Virus record (IMG/VR): IMGVR_UViG_3300032156_000003
Location: 1-64,000 of that record
Reading direction: 5' to 3' (one strand)
Source: a virus
DNA: 64,000 nucleotides
A model generated the notes under the pieces. The model saw nothing but the letters and a program-made list of their open reading frames with translations. It made no database searches and was not told the origin of the DNA. The position numbers were made by a program, and so were the translations under genes. Shown here piece after piece: positions 1 to 9,164 of the stretch. Numbering within the stretch: position 1 is the first letter of the stretch; each line of letters begins with the position of its first letter.

Positions 1-1
1 C

Positions 2-172
2 AAAATTTGCACATCATGTCACAAGAGAAAGCCGGTAGCGGAATTCTACCGCCGAAGTATGGGACGTCCTGGTTGGAATGAATGGTGCAAGAACTGCAAA
101 AACGTCCGCGATTGGGAAGCGAAAAAACAGAAAAGGAGGAAGCAACGTGAAGAGGCTTGCATTCTCGGATGA
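2..172 (+). CDS. Partial (5'-truncated) Zn-finger protein, KxCxxC...EFY...CKxC type often found with phage HNH/endonuclease VII proteins
   Basis: Manual translation of frame 2: KICTSCHKRKPVAEFYRRSMGRPGWNEWCKNCKN...GGA TGA(170-172). Not in the ORF track because no start is in the window. Confidence 0.55.
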   Translation, partial: KICTSCHKRKPVAEFYRRSMGRPGWNEWCKNCKNVRDWEAKKQKRRKQREEACILG

Positions 173-752
173 TATGATGAGAGCGATTTCGTTGGGATTC
201 AAGAGCATGACGAGAAGGCCGGAGAAGCGCGCGACACCGGATGCCAAGGGTCGCATGTTCTGGAAATACTGCCCCAGCGACGCACTTGGATTTCCGGCTC
301 CATCTATTCGATGGGACGACAACAGCGTGCACCTTCGTCCTTGTCACCGCTTCAACGACCTCGTCGCGGCGACGTGCGCGTACTTCCCAGCACAGGTCGG
401 ATGCAGTACATCGTATCGCTTCAAACACATCTCGGTTCATCCGCACGCGAAAATCGGCTGGAAATCCTCTCGCATCATGCCCGCCGCGCTCGCTCCGTTC
501 GTCCTGCGGATCACGTCCGTCCGCGCGGAACGGCTCGGCGAGATCACGGATGAGGACGCGGTACGCGAGGGGATGATGCACTGGGGGACGCGCACCCTGG
601 TCACCATCGGCCCACACGCGCCGCGTGACGTGTTCGGCATCTACTGGAATCGGCTCTACGGCGCACGCCCCCTAGTCGACGCCTGGACGCGCGACCGCGA
701 CAATTGGGTGTGGGTGTACGGGTTCGAAATCGAGGAGAGGAGAATAGGATGA
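147..752 (+). CDS. ASCH/PUA-like phage protein
   Basis: N-terminal 'FSDDMMRAI..G.KSMTRR' and C-terminal 'LRITSVRAERLGEITDEDAVREG...W..N.WVWVYGFE' motifs; GTG start at 147 after AGGAGG. Confidence 0.7.
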   Translation: MKRLAFSDDMMRAISLGFKSMTRRPEKRATPDAKGRMFWKYCPSDALGFPAPSIRWDDNSVHLRPCHRFNDLVAATCAYFPAQVGCSTSYRFKHISVHPHAKIGWKSSRIMPAALAPFVLRITSVRAERLGEITDEDAVREGMMHWGTRTLVTIGPHAPRDVFGIYWNRLYGARPLVDAWTRDRDNWVWVYGFEIEERRIG

Positions 753-1327
753 AGGACAACTGGGACAAATTCGTCATCATTTCCGGGGCACTACAGATGG
801 TCGCCTGGATCATCTTACTCGTCACGCTCGTGGTGCTGGTGTCGAGTTGCTCTCCGGTGGCGCACTCCATCACGCCGGTCACTGAGTCGCACTCGCAGAT
901 CACGGCGAGTCAGTACGATGACGCCGAGTATCATTTTGCCGGTGCCGGCAACATGATGCCCATGTCCATCGAACTGCAATCCGAGGCGGACGCCGAGGCG
1001 GATGCCGAATGTCAGCGGATCTTGAACCGCCGGGACACGGCAAGCGCCGTGGTGCTTGGGCTGGTCGGGCTGACCGGTGCAGGCGGGCTGGCGACAATCA
1101 TCCCGAAGGACGCGACGGACGCGGAGCGCAAAGGCTGGGACTTGGGGCTTGGAGTAACGACGCTCGCGGCGGCGACCACGGCCACTATCCTCGGGGCGCT
1201 CGTGCGGAGTTGGAGCGCGGAGTACGAACGGGAGTGCCAGACCGAGACACCCGAACCGGCGGAGCACTTAGCGAGTGATGAGGTGGAGCAAGAGGGAACA
1301 GACGACGCAGGAGGTAGTGAACGATGA
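749..1327 (+). CDS. Putative membrane protein/lipoprotein
   Basis: ATGA overlap with the previous gene; hydrophobic N-terminus ending in VSSC; two further Gly/Ala-rich hydrophobic segments. Confidence 0.55.
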   Translation: MKDNWDKFVIISGALQMVAWIILLVTLVVLVSSCSPVAHSITPVTESHSQITASQYDDAEYHFAGAGNMMPMSIELQSEADAEADAECQRILNRRDTASAVVLGLVGLTGAGGLATIIPKDATDAERKGWDLGLGVTTLAAATTATILGALVRSWSAEYERECQTETPEPAEHLASDEVEQEGTDDAGGSER

Positions 1328-1352
1328 TGAGTTCCCATGATACAGTCGTGGT

Positions 1353-1580
1353 ATGTTTGGCGAGGGAATTGTCAGACCTCCTCTACGACGCACTTTCAGG
1401 TGTGGAAAACCAGGTTTGCAAGACGACGTGGTGTTTGTAGATGAAAAGAACTTTTACTACGATGTCGCGTACACTCGAAACTGTAGTTTTCGGGACAATT
1501 TTGGAAACTGTACAAAGCAGTTCACCACCTGTCCTCATCGGGTTATAGATGACGGATACCGAAGTCTAAAAAATGAGTGA
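1353..1580 (+). CDS. Small Cys/His-motif protein (paralog 1)
   Basis: CSFRDNFGNCTKQFTTCPH motif shared with the next ORF. Confidence 0.45.
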   Translation: MFGEGIVRPPLRRTFRCGKPGLQDDVVFVDEKNFYYDVAYTRNCSFRDNFGNCTKQFTTCPHRVIDDGYRSLKNE

Positions 1581-1669
1581 AGGGAATCCATTCCCGCACG
1601 GGAGGAAGGTTCTGTCTCCATACAGTCGGCACTTGAGTTCGGTACCCTGCCACGTGCTACAATCCTTCA

Positions 1670-1918
1670 GTGGACCGAGAAGATGAAGTAACCCGTCCTA
1701 TTTCTCTGCCTTCTCCGCGTGGGCCGACGGTTGAGATAGAGTGCCTAACGCAAGACGACGAACCAACCATGCCCATGTTGCTGGTTTCTCGTTGTCGTTG
1801 CGCCAAACCTCCCGAGTCTCCGTGTACGTTTCGGGATGAATCGGGAAGGTGCACCAAGGGCGTCACGACCTGCCGTCATAAAATCGAAGGGAAACAACTT
1901 GACAAGCGCAACCTGTAG
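1670..1918 (+). CDS. Small Cys/His-motif protein (paralog 2)
   Basis: CTFRDESGRCTKGVTTCRH motif; start uncertain. Confidence 0.45.
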   Translation: MDREDEVTRPISLPSPRGPTVEIECLTQDDEPTMPMLLVSRCRCAKPPESPCTFRDESGRCTKGVTTCRHKIEGKQLDKRNL

Positions 1919-1927
1919 CACTATGCT
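1899..1927 (+). promoter_or_regulatory. Sigma70-type promoter carrying a TTGAC-N5-CAA box
   Basis: TTGACA(1899)-17 nt-TATGCT(1922); upstream of GAGGTG SD and ATG 1947. Confidence 0.7.
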
Positions 1928-1946
1928 AAATATAGAGGTGAAGAAA

Positions 1947-2912
1947 ATGAAGACTATCACGACAATTCTAGCGACCTTGATTCTGGGGTGTTCAGCGAAC
2001 CCGGCGACTGTATACGAGCCCGACGGTGGAGATGCGGGCACCGACGTCGATTCGGACTCGGATGTCGACACGGACACCGATAGTGATGGGGACTCGGGGC
2101 CGGACGCTACGACCGACAGCGACACGGGCACGGACACTGACACTGAGAGTATTTGCCTGTACTTGTGCATATCAGTGAGTAACTGCATGGGTATTGGTGG
2201 TACGCAGCACAGCGAATACACCTGTGATACTGAAGAATTTATTTGCTGTCAGATGGCAGGGACGGACACGGATACCGACACGGACACGGACTCAGATGCC
2301 GACTCTGACACCGATACTGATACAGATATCGATACCGATTCTGATTCCGACACGGATACGGATGTCGATTCTGATACGGACTCTGATTCCGACAGCGATA
2401 CCGATACGGACACCGATACGGACTCCGATGCTGACACTGATACCGATACTGAACCCGACCTCAACGCCTGTGGGTTCGTCGAGATGCCCTCCGGCACAGT
2501 GTGCGACCCTGACACTGGGCAGGTCTGGGAGGCCACTGTAAGCCCTTCCAGCGAGGGCAATTGGGCGTGGGGCTTCTGGTACTACTGCGAGCCATTGACG
2601 CTCGGGGGGTTCGATGATTGGCGGATGCCGACAGAGGATGAGATGGCGGCGTTGTGGCGACTCGACGACCCCATTATACTAGATGGATACGAATGTGATT
2701 GGCCCATGTGGGCTGGGACGGATTGCTGGCAACTCATGTGGTCGGATTACGGATATGCGGAGTTGGGGTACATTCCATCCATGTACGGCTCTGACGTATT
2801 TGATTTTCACTGTTCATCAATCGGAGGAACGGATACGACGGCGTATCCATGCAGAATTAGCAACGTGGCCGTTGGGACTCCATCGCTGTTCACCCGTTGC
2901 GTGCGCGGATGA
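1947..2912 (+). CDS. Lipoprotein with Asp-Thr/Asp-Ser repeat linkers and a C-terminal DUF1566 (Lcl C-terminal)-like domain
   Basis: MKTITTILATLILG-C lipobox; (DT/DS)n tracts; 'DPDTGQVWE...YCEPLTLGGFDDWRMPTEDEM...RCVRG' matches the DUF1566 pattern. Confidence 0.8.
   Translation: MKTITTILATLILGCSANPATVYEPDGGDAGTDVDSDSDVDTDTDSDGDSGPDATTDSDTGTDTDTESICLYLCISVSNCMGIGGTQHSEYTCDTEEFICCQMAGTDTDTDTDTDSDADSDTDTDTDIDTDSDSDTDTDVDSDTDSDSDSDTDTDTDTDSDADTDTDTEPDLNACGFVEMPSGTVCDPDTGQVWEATVSPSSEGNWAWGFWYYCEPLTLGGFDDWRMPTEDEMAALWRLDDPIILDGYECDWPMWAGTDCWQLMWSDYGYAELGYIPSMYGSDVFDFHCSSIGGTDTTAYPCRISNVAVGTPSLFTRCVRG
2260..2455 (+). repeat. Low-complexity hexamer-period repeat encoding (DT/DS)n; a shorter tract lies at ~2040-2145
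   Basis: gacacg/gatacc/gactct repeats directly visible. Confidence 0.9.
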
Positions 2913-3082
2913 ACTTTCAGACCCCATCCGACAACGACGTCTACGTCGACACGCATGTCGAGTGCGATGACGAGCACGGCGTTCCCGTGACGCGCGCAGA
3001 AGCGATTGCCATTGCACGTACAAACCGCGCTCGGATTGATTCGTTGATGCGTTTCGAGGTCGAGCGCGACGCCGACCGCTAG
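2909..3082 (+). CDS. Hypothetical protein
   Basis: ATGA overlap with the lipoprotein stop; 57 aa. Confidence 0.4.
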   Translation: MNFQTPSDNDVYVDTHVECDDEHGVPVTRAEAIAIARTNRARIDSLMRFEVERDADR

Positions 3083-3092
3083 CCAATCCCGT

Positions 3093-3121
3093 TTGACATT
3101 TCCAATCGCTAGCCCTATCTT
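3093..3121 (+). promoter_or_regulatory. Sigma70-type promoter (probably leaderless transcript) carrying a TTGAC-N5-CAA box
   Basis: TTGACA(3093)-17 nt-TATCTT(3116); ATG at 3128 is 6 nt downstream with no SD. Confidence 0.7.
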
Positions 3122-3127
3122 GTGGGC

Positions 3128-3433
3128 ATGGCACGAATCAAGACGACGCGAAATCACCGTCGGATGCAATCCGCGATACTGCGGTTGACGTCCAAGCTAC
3201 CCGGACGCTGGTCGGCGATGGCGCTGACCGAAGCGCTGTGTGCTGACACGAGGTCGACCTATGGCGGGCGCAACCCATACGGCCTGGTATCCACGACTAA
3301 CTGCGCTCTCCTGCGCCTTGTTGAGATGGGCTACATGGAACGCAAGATGGAAACGACGGACCTCGGAAGGGTGCGATACACCTACGCCATCACGTCCAAG
3401 GGGCGCGTGGCGGAGAAGGAGTTTGCGAAGTGA
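3128..3433 (+). CDS. Winged-helix DNA-binding protein
   Basis: 'ALLRLVEMGYMERK...GRVRYTYAITSKGR' is a PadR/MarR-like wing motif. Confidence 0.6.
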   Translation: MARIKTTRNHRRMQSAILRLTSKLPGRWSAMALTEALCADTRSTYGGRNPYGLVSTTNCALLRLVEMGYMERKMETTDLGRVRYTYAITSKGRVAEKEFAK

Positions 3434-3636
3434 GCGGCCTGTCCGTTAAGTGGTCGAAGCGCGAGCGCGACTTGATTTTCAATCTTGATGAAGTAAAAGG
3501 CGCAGACGGGCATCTCCTGTATCAGTGCTTGTGTCTTGGGCGAGACGGACTGTCGTTGACGAAGGAATTGAAGGAGCGCGGGTATGACCTAACGACGCTT
3601 CGTTTCTCTGTGAAAAAGTTGGAGGTTTCCAAGTGA
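3430..3636 (+). CDS. Hypothetical phage protein
   Basis: GTGA overlaps on both sides; 'KELKERGYDLTTLRFSVKK'. Confidence 0.55.
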   Translation: MSGLSVKWSKRERDLIFNLDEVKGADGHLLYQCLCLGRDGLSLTKELKERGYDLTTLRFSVKKLEVSK

Positions 3637-3905
3637 CTCCAGAATCCGAAACGAGGGGTGTTCAGTCCAAAGTCGTCATCGAGTATCGACCCAAGCGCAC
3701 GTGCAAGAAGTGTGGGGGGCGCGGCATCAACGGCTACCATACGAAACTCGTCACCACGGCGACCGGCAAGGAGTGGCAGCGCCAAGGTCCGGCGCGGTGC
3801 TCGTGTTGCAAGCCCATCAAGGTCGAAACGGTTGAGGTGCCAGGAGGGGCGACGACAGTAACCGAGACGCCAGTGCATCCTCAGTTGACCGAACCGAAGC
3901 CGTGA
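3633..3905 (+). CDS. Small Zn-finger protein (CxxCxGxG)
   Basis: CKKCGGRG and CSC motifs; coupled to terL by a GTGA overlap. Confidence 0.5.
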   Translation: MTPESETRGVQSKVVIEYRPKRTCKKCGGRGINGYHTKLVTTATGKEWQRQGPARCSCCKPIKVETVEVPGGATTVTETPVHPQLTEPKP

Positions 3906-5500
3906 CCCCCCCCGAACTCACCGTTGACCCGCGATACCGTCCCCCTGTCGGGCATCTGTTCACACCGGGACCGTCCATCGAGCCCGCGACGCCAGCCGAG
4001 CAAGACGCCCGCATGGAGTCGATACGGTGGGCTCGCATTCACGCGGCGCGCAACGACTTCGCGGCGTTCATGGAATACTGCATCGAGGACAGCGAAATCG
4101 GCGGGCCTGTCACGTTGCAGTGGTTTCACGACGAATGGATTGCGGCGCTTGAGCAAAACAAGCGCGTGCTGATTATCGCACCTCGCAGTCACGGCAAGTC
4201 GTCCGTCGTAATCGCCCGCGTCATTTGGGAGCTTGGGCGCAATCCGAACCTGCGAATCAAGATAGCTTGCGAGGACCAACCGGCGGCCGTCAAGCGCCTC
4301 GGTGAAATCAAGCGGCACATCGAGAAGAACCCGCATGTACACGAGGTGTTCCCGAACCTCAAGCCGTCTGCCGATAACTGGTCGAAAACGTCCATCACGG
4401 TACAGCGGACGCTCATCGACAAGGACCCGTCTGTTGAGGCGCAAGGCGTGCTCGGTGGCGCGACTGGCGGGCGCGTGGACATCCTCATTGGTGACGACAT
4501 TGTGGGTCGCAGGAACGCGCTCACGACGCCGGCGTTGCGCGAGTCCGTGATTCAGGCGTGGGAGTCGGACTGGTTGAACCTCGGCGGTCCCGAGTCCCGT
4601 GTGTGGTGCATATGTACTCTGTGGCATCGTCTAGATCTCAACCACAAGATGATGGAGAGCGGGAACTGGAACGTCTGTTTCTACGCCATCACGGGGTACG
4701 CTTCTATCTGGCCGGAGCGCCGCAGCACGGCGTGGTTGCGGGACAGGCGAGCACTCATCGGCGCGACCGAATACGCCCGTGGGTTCGCGAATAAGCCGCA
4801 AGATGAATCCGAGTCCCCGGTTCAGCCGAGTTCGATTGAGTACGTGCGACCCGAGGCAATGCCCGACATGTCCGAGTTGGAAATCTTCACGAGTTACGAC
4901 GTGGCGACAGAGACGGCGGAGCGCAACGACTTCACTGCGGAAGTGGTCATTGCGATTCACCAGGCAACAGAAACGGTGTTCGTCGTTGACGCCGAGAAGC
5001 GGAAGATCACGAGGTCGAAACAATCCGATTGGGTTCAGAAGTCGTACCGCACGTGGCGACCGCGGAGGATTCTCATCGAGTCCATCGGCAACGACCTTGC
5101 ACAGTGGGTGCTCAACGACAACCCGGCGTTGCTCGGAATAGTTGAGAGGGTGAAGAACCTCACGACGAAGGGAAACAAGTTGCAGCGGTTGACGGCCGTG
5201 ACTCCATTCCTCGAACGCGGCAACGTCGTGTTTCTCGACCACTTGGACCCGGACAGTCCGAAGTTCAAACCCGAACGCGGAAATCTCATCGAGGAGTTGC
5301 TAGATTTCGGGATAGCGGCTCACGATGATTTATGTGATTCGTGGACGATGGCGATCGATGCGGCTCGGTTCTACGCGCTTGACCGTTGGGCGGCGCGAGG
5401 TGCTACCCTAGTGGGGCGGGCAGGAAGCGGCGACGAATCCAGTCGGCCGGAGGACCAACGTGAAGAAGACACCGAAGACGGCGACGACGAATACAGATAG
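3902..5500 (+). CDS. terL: Terminase large subunit
   Basis: Walker A 'APRSHGKS', Walker B 'ILIGDD', RNase-H-like nuclease motifs 'SYDVA...NDFTA' and 'AHDDLCDS'; lies upstream of the portal. Confidence 0.93.
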   Translation: MTPPELTVDPRYRPPVGHLFTPGPSIEPATPAEQDARMESIRWARIHAARNDFAAFMEYCIEDSEIGGPVTLQWFHDEWIAALEQNKRVLIIAPRSHGKSSVVIARVIWELGRNPNLRIKIACEDQPAAVKRLGEIKRHIEKNPHVHEVFPNLKPSADNWSKTSITVQRTLIDKDPSVEAQGVLGGATGGRVDILIGDDIVGRRNALTTPALRESVIQAWESDWLNLGGPESRVWCICTLWHRLDLNHKMMESGNWNVCFYAITGYASIWPERRSTAWLRDRRALIGATEYARGFANKPQDESESPVQPSSIEYVRPEAMPDMSELEIFTSYDVATETAERNDFTAEVVIAIHQATETVFVVDAEKRKITRSKQSDWVQKSYRTWRPRRILIESIGNDLAQWVLNDNPALLGIVERVKNLTTKGNKLQRLTAVTPFLERGNVVFLDHLDPDSPKFKPERGNLIEELLDFGIAAHDDLCDSWTMAIDAARFYALDRWAARGATLVGRAGSGDESSRPEDQREEDTEDGDDEYR

Positions 5501-7280
5501 CGAAGCCTCGCTGCAACTGATAGCCCGCGCGAGTTCCGGCGGAGACGAAGAGGTTGCCAAGCAAGCGTTGCAGGCGATGGTTGACCAGAAGGAGGCGTGG
5601 ACCAACTCGGGTGCGTTGACACCTCGGTATCCGCCGGGGTCGTTGCTGTCCATCGTCGAGAAGTCTTCGATTCTGCCTCAGTGTCTCGACGCGATGGCGA
5701 CGGGAATCGACGGGTGGGGGCATCGCTTCAAGCCGTGTATCGACCTCAACGACAAGGATGTTGAAAACCAGGTGCGCGCGGCCATCGTGTTGGAGCGCGA
5801 GGCGGAAGCGCGCGAGGCGTCGCAGGACAGCGGCGATGAAGATTGGGAGACGGATTACGAGGTGCCGGACGAAGAGGTTGCGGAGCGCCTTGAAATCCTG
5901 TCGCGGCAATTGCCCATCCAGAAGTTTCGCGCGGAGGCGTGGTTCGAGTCCGCGCCGACGGGTGCACCGTTCATCGAATTGCGCCAGCGGATGCGGAAGG
6001 ACCAGCACGGGGTAGGCCACGGCGTGTTCGAGTTCGCGCGGGACAAGACCGGCGACCCGACGCAGGTCGGCTACATCGCGGCGCACACCATCCTTCCGAT
6101 GGCAAAGCAGCCGCCTCCGGTCGAGGTGGACGTTCAGATTCCGGTGTCTCCGATTTCGACGCGCGACGTGGCGCGGGACGTTCAGTTCAGCATCTACGTT
6201 CAGCAAGTCGGCGCGGTGCGAAAATACTTCAAGGAGTTCGGCGACCCGCGTTGCATCTCACAAGCGACTGGTAAATGGTACGACAACGAAGCCGCGATGG
6301 TACGTGCCGAGACGGTCAAGGGCGGGAGGGCGGTGGCGAAGCCCATCCCGGCAACCGAGGTGCTATACTTCCCGCTTCACTCTCCGCTGTCCGTATCGGG
6401 CGAGCCACTGTGGATTGGGCAAGTTCCGAACGTGCTCGGGATACGAGCGGCCGAAGAGGTCAACTTCACCTACTTCGACGACAAGTGCATCCCGCCGGGC
6501 GCGTGGATTATCATCGGCGGCATCTTGAGCCAGGACGTGCGGAAAGAACTGGAGAACCACATCCGCACGAAAATCAAGGGGAGGTCCAACTTCCACACGC
6601 CGCTGATTATCGAGCTTGTCGCACCGCCGGGAGCTCGTGGCGAGAAGGTCGAACAACCCAAGGTAGAGTGGATGTCCTTCCGTGGCGACATGAAAGAGGA
6701 CGCGACCCACCTGCTCTACTGCGCTGCGGAGCGAGACAACGTGCGGAGCGCATTCCGTCTTCCTCGCATTCTGACCGGGGACGTGCAAGACGCCTTGGCG
6801 CGGGCGAACGCCTACGCCTCGATTGAGTTCGCGAACACGCATGTTTTCTCGACGCCGCGCTCGGGGTTCGATTGGGTCATGAACACGAGGCTCATGCCGG
6901 AACTCGGTGTCTACTTGTGGAAGTTCGTGAGCAACGGGCCGGACACGACGGACCCGGAACAGCTTGCGCGGGCCACGGACATCTTCGCGAACCGAGGCGG
7001 GCTCATCCCGGCAGACGTGCGCAGTATCGCCGCCAAGGGCCTCAACGTGGAACTCGACCCTATAGACGCGCCTTGGATGACGCAGCCGTTGGCGTTGACG
7101 CTGGCGGGCTTGGCGGCCGAGCAATTCGGCGTCCCGGCGGACCGCGTGGGTGCGGAGTTGCTTGGGGCGTTCGGACCGGACGGCACACCCGAGAAGCGGG
7201 CGCTGGCGCAAGGCATCTTGAAAGACTACTTCGCGCGGTTCGGCTACGAGTTGGCGGCCGTTCGACACCTGGAAGAGTAG
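5460..7280 (+). CDS. Portal protein
   Basis: GGAGG SD then GTG; 'EVLYF...SGEPLW...AEEVNFTYFDDKCIP...VRSAFRLP' portal motifs; 606 aa directly after terL. Confidence 0.88.
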   Translation: MKKTPKTATTNTDSEASLQLIARASSGGDEEVAKQALQAMVDQKEAWTNSGALTPRYPPGSLLSIVEKSSILPQCLDAMATGIDGWGHRFKPCIDLNDKDVENQVRAAIVLEREAEAREASQDSGDEDWETDYEVPDEEVAERLEILSRQLPIQKFRAEAWFESAPTGAPFIELRQRMRKDQHGVGHGVFEFARDKTGDPTQVGYIAAHTILPMAKQPPPVEVDVQIPVSPISTRDVARDVQFSIYVQQVGAVRKYFKEFGDPRCISQATGKWYDNEAAMVRAETVKGGRAVAKPIPATEVLYFPLHSPLSVSGEPLWIGQVPNVLGIRAAEEVNFTYFDDKCIPPGAWIIIGGILSQDVRKELENHIRTKIKGRSNFHTPLIIELVAPPGARGEKVEQPKVEWMSFRGDMKEDATHLLYCAAERDNVRSAFRLPRILTGDVQDALARANAYASIEFANTHVFSTPRSGFDWVMNTRLMPELGVYLWKFVSNGPDTTDPEQLARATDIFANRGGLIPADVRSIAAKGLNVELDPIDAPWMTQPLALTLAGLAAEQFGVPADRVGAELLGAFGPDGTPEKRALAQGILKDYFARFGYELAAVRHLEE

Positions 7281-7283
7281 ACC

Positions 7284-7670
7284 ATGTACGACGGCCTGTA
7301 CCACGTTCTGCCGATTCCCGAGCGCGCTGGGTACGCACGACCGGGACCGGGCGAAATCATCCGGCACATAGACCCGCACGGGCACCCCACAAACAACTGG
7401 CGCCTGTGCTGTCCGTTCTGCGGAAAGCGGGTGCATGTGTACGCCGCGCAGATAGGCGACCCGGCCGCGCCGACGTTCGACCAACCGATGAGATGCGGTT
7501 GCACGGCGCGGTGCGGTGAATGGTTCTACATCAACGCTGGGCGGGCCGTTACGAGCGCACCACCTGCGAAGATAGGCGAGGACATCATGGAGCGCGCCAT
7601 GGCGATACCTGGCGTGCAAGGAAAACCGAGGGGACCGACCAGTGGCACAGTCGAAGCAACGAAACCGTGA
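7284..7670 (+). CDS. Hypothetical Cys-rich (Zn-binding) protein
   Basis: CCPFCG and CGCTARC motifs. Confidence 0.55.
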   Translation: MYDGLYHVLPIPERAGYARPGPGEIIRHIDPHGHPTNNWRLCCPFCGKRVHVYAAQIGDPAAPTFDQPMRCGCTARCGEWFYINAGRAVTSAPPAKIGEDIMERAMAIPGVQGKPRGPTSGTVEATKP

Positions 7671-7800
7671 CGAGCAAGACGAGGACCGGCCAAAACCGGT
7701 CACGGACAAGAGAGACGAAGAACCCGAGTTCGTCGAGAAGCCGAAGAAACGTGTGAAGTTCGGCACGTTCGCCGACATCTGGCCGAAGACTGGCCGATGA
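7642..7800 (+). CDS. Small charged protein (52 aa, below the ORF-track cutoff)
   Basis: GAGGGG SD, GTG 7642: MAQSKQRNRDEQDEDRPKPVTDKRDEEPEFVEKPKKRVKFGTFADIWPKTGR*; ATGA overlap with MuF. Confidence 0.5.
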   Translation: MAQSKQRNRDEQDEDRPKPVTDKRDEEPEFVEKPKKRVKFGTFADIWPKTGR

Positions 7801-9152
7801 TACGAACCCGTGCAAACGACGGCTACGCTACTCTATGGCCGTTGCGCTACTACCCTCAGAGGATGGTGGCATGTGCCGCGCTCAAGGTCAGGGCTGGCAC
7901 GTGGCGCGCTGCATATGGGTTCGCGATGGTCGTGCGCAGTTCCGATGGCAGGCAGAATCCACAACGGCTGAACGCGGCCAACATCGAATCGGCTAGGCGT
8001 CATGCCATGCTTGCGTTGCCCGCGAAGTCGTGCTCGTGTTGCGAGAAGTCCATGGCGGCACCGGGAGCGACGGTGGACCTGTACCGCGCCTTGACCATCG
8101 GAGAGTCCGACCAAATCCTGTGGCAGCGAATCGAGACGATAGACGAGGTGGACCGGCCGGACCGGAACGATTGGTACGTCGACACGAACGGCGTTCGCAA
8201 AGAGGCGGCGGCAGTCGACGCGCAATCGCTGGCCGTGGCGGAACTCGCGGCGGCGCTTGCCAAGGTGCGTGACGAGTGGTCCGACGAAGAGTTCCACAGG
8301 TTCACTGACCGTCTTAAAAGCGCGGAGTGGGCGAGCATGACGGAGGCGCAACGCGAAGGCGTATGGGCGGCGGCGGTCGCAGCGTTCAGGCAGGCGGACG
8401 TGCGAAGCCTCATCTCCGAATGGCGCAATACCACAACGGCGCACGCCGTGCCGTTCGCTGAACTGACTCGCGAGCGGCTGAAAGAATCCATGCTCCCGCG
8501 CATCTCGGCTACCCTGTCGCAGCCGGACCTTGACGCGGTGAACGCGGTGGGCGACCAAGCCGGGTTGTTCGTGCGTGACCAGCTCGGACTTGAATCGGAA
8601 GCGTTGACGGCGCGGGGCAAGGAAATCGTGGCGCGTGGGTTGCGTGACGGGCTCGGGCGCGAGGCTATTGGGATGGAACTGCGTGCGGAGATTCCCGAAC
8701 TGTGGGCGAAGTATGGGGTGAACTATTCCAATGTCGTGGCGAGCAATTCCATCGAACGGGCGCGGTCGATTTCGCAGACTTCTTCATACCGCGACGCCGA
8801 AGTTACACGATACGAAATCGTTGCACTTGAAGATGAGAGGATGTGCGCGGTCTGCGGTTATCTTAATGGTCAGGTGATTACCGTATCCAACGCGAGCAAG
8901 ATACAAGAGGCGGTTGCAGAAGCGAAGAACATCGCGGAACTCAGAGAGGCAAATCCGTTTGTCGGAGTGAAGCTAGATGCGGAGACGGGGCGTAAGGTTC
9001 TTCGTACCGACCGTGGCGTTGACATCGCGCGCTTCAACGATGCGGGACGTCACGAACCGATCGTGTCAGGCGACGCGCTTGCAACCGAGGCGGGCGTTGC
9101 GCTACCACCATTCCATATGTCGTGCCGTTGCACGACAATTCCGGTAATCTGA
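7797..9152 (+). CDS. Head morphogenesis protein (Mu gpF / SPP1 gp7 family)
   Basis: 'DERMCAVCGYLNG' and C-terminal 'LPPFHMSCRCTTIPV'. Confidence 0.88.
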   Translation: MIRTRANDGYATLWPLRYYPQRMVACAALKVRAGTWRAAYGFAMVVRSSDGRQNPQRLNAANIESARRHAMLALPAKSCSCCEKSMAAPGATVDLYRALTIGESDQILWQRIETIDEVDRPDRNDWYVDTNGVRKEAAAVDAQSLAVAELAAALAKVRDEWSDEEFHRFTDRLKSAEWASMTEAQREGVWAAAVAAFRQADVRSLISEWRNTTTAHAVPFAELTRERLKESMLPRISATLSQPDLDAVNAVGDQAGLFVRDQLGLESEALTARGKEIVARGLRDGLGREAIGMELRAEIPELWAKYGVNYSNVVASNSIERARSISQTSSYRDAEVTRYEIVALEDERMCAVCGYLNGQVITVSNASKIQEAVAEAKNIAELREANPFVGVKLDAETGRKVLRTDRGVDIARFNDAGRHEPIVSGDALATEAGVALPPFHMSCRCTTIPVI

Positions 9153-9164
9153 AAGGGGATTGCA

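Noticed and set aside
2040-2455. CRISPR-like or satellite array
   Set aside because: The repeats are degenerate hexamers coding DT/DS linkers, with no repeat-spacer structure.
2780-2912. Diversity-generating retroelement targeting the DUF1566 lipoprotein
   Set aside because: No reverse transcriptase and no template repeat seen in the window; only the target-like fold is present.
7797-9152. MuF polymorphic toxin
   Set aside because: The protein ends right at the PPFH..CRC motif, with no C-terminal toxin extension.
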